A program made the position numbers and the translations under genes. Below, piece after piece: positions 57,215 through 64,000 of a DNA stretch of 64,000 bases. The notes beneath the pieces were generated by a model, which saw only the letters and a program-made list of their open reading frames with translations, searched no databases and was not told where the DNA came from. This stretch comes from the human T2T-CHM13v2.0 reference genome, Homo sapiens: assembly GCF_009914755.1 (NCBI RefSeq), contig NC_060937.1; one strand, written 5' to 3'. Every line of letters starts with the position of its first letter. The stretch's first letter is position 1.

Positions 57215-59544
57215 TTCCCAATTGTACACGCCTATAAGAAACTTACTTCACCTATACATACATAGACTGAGAGTGAAGAAATAGGAGAAGATATTCCATG
57301 CAAATGGAAAGCAAAAGAAAGCAGAAGTACCTATACTTATATCAGATAAAAGACTTTAAGTTAAAAACTGTAAAAAGAGACAAAGAAGGTTATTATATAA
57401 TGATAAAGGCATTAATCCAGCAAGAGCATATAACAATTGTAAATTTGTATGCACCCAACATCAAAGCACCCAGTTACATAAAGCAAATATTAGATCCATA
57501 TAAAGGGAGAGATAGATTCTAATACAATAATTGTTGGAGACTTCAACACCCCCCTCTCAGCATTGAACAGATCATTTAGGCAAAAAAATCAACAACAACA
57601 AAAAAACATTGGATTTAAAATGGAAACATTGCATTTAAAATGTATTTAGACCAAATGGACATAATAGACATTTAGAGAACTTTTCATCCAAGGGTTACAG
57701 AATACATTATTTTCATCAGCTCATGGAAATTCTCCAGGATAGATCACATCTTAGGCCACAAAACAAGTCTCAACAAATTTAAAAGAACTGAAATCGTATC
57801 AAGTATCTTTTCAGACCACAATGGAATAAAACTGGAAATCAATAACAAGAGGAATTTTTGACATTGTACAAACACATGGAAACAAATGAAAATAGAAACA
57901 CAAATTGCCAAACCTATGGGATACAGCAAAATAAATATTAAGAGGGAAGTATATAGCAATAAACTCCTAAATCAAAAAAGGGAAAGGTTTCAAATGAACA
58001 CACACAGATGATGTAGCTTAAGGAACTAGAAAAGTGAGAACAAACCAAATCCAAAATTAATAGAATGAAATAAATAACAAATATCAGAGCAGAAACAAAA
58101 TTGAGACTTAAAAAACAACACAGAAGATTTTTTTTGTTTTTTTCTGAAAAGATAAACAAAATTGATAAATCATTGGCTAGACTACCCCAAAATAAAAAAG
58201 ACCCAAATAAATAAGAGAAATTAAAACTAATACTACAGATACATAAAGGATCATTAGATACCATTACAAGCAACTATACACCAACAAATTGGAAAACCTA
58301 GTAGAAATAAATAAGTTTCTGGATACATAGAACCTACCAAGATTGAACCATGAAGAAACAGAAAACCTGAAAAGATTGATTCTGAGTAACAAAGTTGAAT
58401 TAATAATAAAAAGTCTTCTGTAAAAGAAAAGCCAAGGACCTAATGGCTTTACTGCTGAATTCTACCAAACTTTTAAGGAAGAACTAATACAAATTCTTCT
58501 CAAATTCTTCCAGAAAATTAAAGAGGAGAGAATTCTTCCTAACTCATTCTACAAGGCCTGCTTTATCCTGATTGCAGAACCAGACAAGGATACAACAACC
58601 AAAACCGAAAACTGCTGATGAACTGATATCCCTGATTAACATAGATGCCAAAATTCTCAACAAAATAGTAACAAACTGAACCCAACATCAATCAAAAAAA
58701 TAAGATGCCATGACCAAGAAGAATTTATCTCAGGGATGCAAAGATAGCTCAACATATGCAGATCAATAAACATGATACATCGTATTAACAGAATCAAGGA
58801 CAAAAATCATATAATCATCTCAACAGATGCAGAGAAAGCTTTTGATAAAATTCAACATCCCTTTATGATAAAAACTGTCAACAAGTTAGGTATACAAGGA
58901 ATATACTTAAACACCATAAAGGCCATATATGACAAACCCACACTTAACATCATACTGAATAAGGAAAAGCTTTCAAGCTAAAACAAGACAAGGATCCCCA
59001 TCTCACCACTCTTATTCAGTACAGTAATAGAAGTCCTAGCCAGAGTAATTAACAAAAAGGAAAGAAATAAATGGCATCCAAATTGGAAAAGTCAAATTTT
59101 CTCACTTTGCAGATGATATGATTTTATATATAGAAAACCCTAAAAACTTCAAAAAATTCCTAGAACTGATAAACAAATTCAGTAAGGTTGCAGGATACAA
59201 AATCAATATGTGAAAAAAAAAGTAGCATTTCTACACACTAACAAAAAACTGGCAGAAAAACAAAACAAACAACAAAAAAGAAATCTCATTTATAATACCT
59301 ACAAAATACTAATAAAATACCTATGAATAAATTTAACCAAGGAGATGAACAATCACTGACTGGAAAACTATAAAACACTGATGAAGTTAATGGAAGAGGA
59401 TGCACAAAAATGAAAGACATCTCATGTTCATGGATTAGAATAATTAATATTGTAAAAAATGGCCACACTGCCAAAAGCTATCTACACAATTAATACAATC
59501 TCTATCAAAATACCAATGATACTTGTCAAAGAAATATTTTAAGA

Positions 59545-59792
59545 TTTTTTTTCTTTCTTTTTTTTTTTTGAGATGAAGTCTCACTCTATCACTCAGGCTG
59601 GAGTGTAATGGCACAATTTTGGCTCACTGCAACCTCCACCTCTCAGGTTCAAGCAATTCTCCTGCCTCAAGCCTTCCAAGTAGCTGGGATTACAGGCATG
59701 CACCACCACGCCCGGCTAATTTTTGTATTTTTAGTAGAGACAGGGTTTTGCCATGTTGGCCAGGCTGGTCATGAACTCCTGACCTCAGGTGA
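59545..59792 (-). mobile_element. AluS, 5'-truncated, no TSD
   Basis: Ends abruptly at gacctcaggtga and joins L1 sequence agactccaaatagcc. Confidence 0.9.
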
Positions 59793-61123
59793 AGACTCCA
59801 AATAGCCAAAGCAATTCTGAGCAAAACTGTAACAACAACAACAAAACCAAAGGCTTGCAGCATTACAATACTTGACTTCAAAATATACTACAAAGTTATA
59901 GTAATCAAAACAGCATGGTACTGGCATAAAAACAGACACATAGACCAATGAAACAGAATAGGGAGCCCAGAAATAAATCCATGTATTTACAGACAAATGA
60001 TTTTTGACAAAGACACTAAAAACATTAACTGGAGAAAAGATAGTCTATTCAATAAATGGTGCTGGGAAAACTGGGTATCCACATGCAGAAAAATGAAACT
60101 AGACAACTATCTCTCATCATACACAAAAATCAACTCAAACAGATTAAAAACTTAATAGACACAAAATTATAAAACTACTAGAAGAAAACATAGGGAAAAC
60201 ACTTTACAGCATTGGTCTGGGCAAAGATTTTTTTGGATAAAATCTCAAAAACACAGGCAACAAAGGTAAAAATAGATAAATGAGATTATACCAAACTTTA
60301 GAGCTTCTGCACAGCAAAGGAAACAGTCAACAGAGTGAAGAGACAACCAGCAGAATGAGAGAAAATATTTGCAAACTATTCGTCCCACAAGGAATTAATG
60401 TCCAGAATATACAAGGAACTCAAACAACTCAACAGCAAAAAACGAACAAAAAACCCACCAATAATTAAATTTTAAAATGGGCAAATGAGCTAAATAGACA
60501 CCTCTCAAAAGAAGTCATATAAATGGCCAACAGGTATATGAAAAAAAGGTTTAATATTACTAATCATCAAGGAAATGCAAATCAAAACCACAATGAGATA
60601 GCATCTGGCTCCAGTTAGAATGGCCATTATCAAAAAGACCAAAAAATAAATAAATAAATAACAAATGCAGGCAAGGATGTAGAGAAAGGAAAACTCTTAT
60701 TTGCTGTTGGTGGGAATGTACATTAGTAACAGCCGTTAAGGAAAACAGCATGGAGATTCCTTCCTCAAGAACTGAAAATAGGACTATCATATGATCCAGC
60801 AATCCTACTATTAGGTATGCATCCAAAAGAAAGGAAATCTGTTTGTTGAAGAGATATCTGCACTCTCATGTTTACTGCAGCACTATTCATCATAGCCAAG
60901 ATATGGAAATAACCTAAGTGTCCATCAAGAAAACGAGTGGATAAAGAAAATGTGGTATATTGTGTTAAGTGAAATAAGCCATGCATAGAAAGACAATACC
61001 ACATATTCTCATTCATATGTGGATGCTAAAGAAAGTTGATCTCATAGAAAGAGAGTAGAATAGCAGTTACGAGAGGATGGGAAGGGTAATGAGGAGAGGA
61101 GATAGTCAGAGGTTAGTTAATAA

Positions 61124-61458
<335 letters not shown>

Positions 61459-61911
61459 TACAGCTGGATAAGTTTTAGTATTCTATAGCACTGTAGAGTG
61501 ACCCTAATGAACAACTTATTATATATTTTCAAATAGCTAGAAGAGTGGATTTTGAATGTTCTGAACACACAAAAAAATGATAAATGTTTGAGGTGATAGA
61601 TATGGTAATTGCCCTGATTTTATCATTGCCCATTTTATACATGTATCAAAACATCACACTGTACCCCATAAACATCTATAATTATTATGTGTCATTTAAA
61701 GATAATCATAAAAGCTTTTTAAGTCTCTTAAAAAATAAAAAGATAAAAATGAGAGAATATCAATTGTGTTTATTTGGATCAGAGAGTACTTACACAACTA
61801 GGGAAGGTTCTGCATGTGCAGTAATTTTAAGCGTATAAAAAAACTATGGAAATTTTAAAAAGCAGCTATTATTAACTTCAGTGATAACAAAAAGTTGTGT
61901 ATGAAAAAATA

Positions 61912-62478
<567 letters not shown>

Positions 62479-62534
62479 CTACAAAAGTTGAATATGATTA
62501 TTCTGGAGTTTGTGAGGGTGGTTTTAACAAGCCT

Positions 62535-63314
62535 TGTACAAAAGGCATGAACAGACACTTCTCAAAAGAAGACATACGGGTGGCCAACAAACATATGAAA
62601 AAATGGTCACCATCACTGGCCAGCAGGAGAAGCAAATCAAAACCACAATGAGACACCATCTCACACCAGTCAGAATGGCTATTATTAAAAAGTCAGAAAA
62701 CAAGAGATGCTGGCAAGGTTGTGGAGTTAAGGGAGTGAACTGTTGGTGAGAATGCAAACTAGTTCAGCCACTGTGGAAAGCAGTTTGGGGATTTCTCAAA
62801 TAACTAAAAATAGAACTATCATTTGACCCAGCAATCCCATTACTGGGTATGTACCCAAAAGAAAATAAATCATTTTACCAAAAAGACACATGCACTCATA
62901 TGTTCATTGCCACATTATTCACAAAGCAAAGACACAGAATCAACCTATGTGCCCATCAATAGTGAATTGCATACAGAAAATGTCATACATATACACCATG
63001 GAACACTACACAGCCATAAAAAAAGAAAGAAATCACGTCCTTTGCAATAGCATGGATGCAGCTAGAGGCCATTAACCTAAGGGAACTAATGCAGAAACAG
63101 AAACTCAAATATTGCATGTTTTCACTTATAGTGAGAAATAAATCTTGGGTTCACATGGACATAAAGATGTGAATAATAGACACTGAGGACTCCAAAAGGA
63201 GGGAAGGAGGGAGGAAGACAAGCGCTGAAAAACTTTCTATTGGGTACTACGTTTACTATCTGGGTGACGGGATCAATAGAATCCAAAACCTCAGCACCAT
63301 GCAATGTACCCTTG
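62535..63314 (+). mobile_element. L1PA15/16-like 3' fragment
   Basis: ORF2 C-terminal remnant ([17 protein letters not shown]) and 3' UTR aacctcagcaccatgcaat; cut off by the next element. Confidence 0.85.
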
Positions 63315-64000
63315 TTTTTTGTTTGTTTTTAATTCAGAGAATCTTTTATTTTTTCCATAAGTTATTGGGGTACAATTAGTATTTGGTTACATGAGTAAGT
63401 TCTTTAGTGGTGATTTGTGAGATCGTGGTGCACCATCACCCGAGCAATATACACTGCACCATATTTGTAGTCTTTTATCCCTCGCCCCACTCCCACTCTT
63501 CCCCGCAAGTCCCCAAAGTCCATTGTATCATTCTTGTGGCTTTGTGTCCTTATAGCTTAGCTCCCTTTGTGTCCTTATAGCTCAGTGAGAAATTACGATG
63601 TTTGGTTTTCCATTCCTGAATTACTTCATTTAGAATAATAGTCTCCAATCTCATCCAGGTCACTGCAAATGCTGTTAATTCATTTCGTTTTATGGCTAAC
63701 CAGTATTCCATTGTATATATATATGATACCACAGTTTCTTTATCCACTCATTGATTGATGGGCATTTGTGTTGGTTCCATGATTTTGCAATTATGAATTG
63801 TGCTGCTATAAAAATGCATGTGCAAATGTCTTTTTCAAATAATAACTTCTTTTCCTCTGGGTAGATACCCAGTAGTGGGATTGCTGGATCAAATGGTAGA
63901 TCTACTTTTAGTTCTTTAAGGAATCTCCACACTGTTTTCCATAGTGGATATACTAGTTTACATTCCCACCAGCAGTGTAAAATTGTCCCTTGATCACCAC
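63315..64000 (-). mobile_element. L1PB1-like 3' end (runs off the window)
   Basis: ccataagttattggggtaca..tttggttacatgagtaagttctttagtggtgattt, typical L1PB 3' terminus; ORF2 remnant [24 protein letters not shown]. Confidence 0.9.

Overview
This is AT-rich, CpG-depleted catarrhine primate (human-like) genomic DNA, probably intronic or intergenic; the evidence is AluY/S/J, L1PA5-6 and a HERV-W LTR17 fragment. I found no supportable protein-coding gene, RNA gene or CpG island. Most ORFs in the supplied track are Alu, L1 or LTR debris. The window is dominated by nested transposable elements: about 20 Alus, a near full-length L1MA4-type LINE, an internally deleted L1MA2-type LINE, L1PA/L1PB 3' ends, HAL1-like and L2/MIR relics, MaLR/ERV LTRs, and MER58A, MADE1, Tigger and MER5 DNA transposons. 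I did not find a new biological system. The most notable observations are mutational or retrotransposition oddities visible in the sequence: an Alu flanked by 77-bp direct repeats, a fold-back truncated Alu, a 35-bp poly(A)-tailed micro-insertion with a TSD, an L1-retrocopied HERV-W LTR, a templated 32-bp insertion in an L1 5' UTR and an old 122-bp tandem duplication. There are also unverified candidates: a 168-nt exon or 40-aa smORF, and homeodomain-motif clusters. Repeat subfamily names come from recalled consensus sequences, not from a database search.
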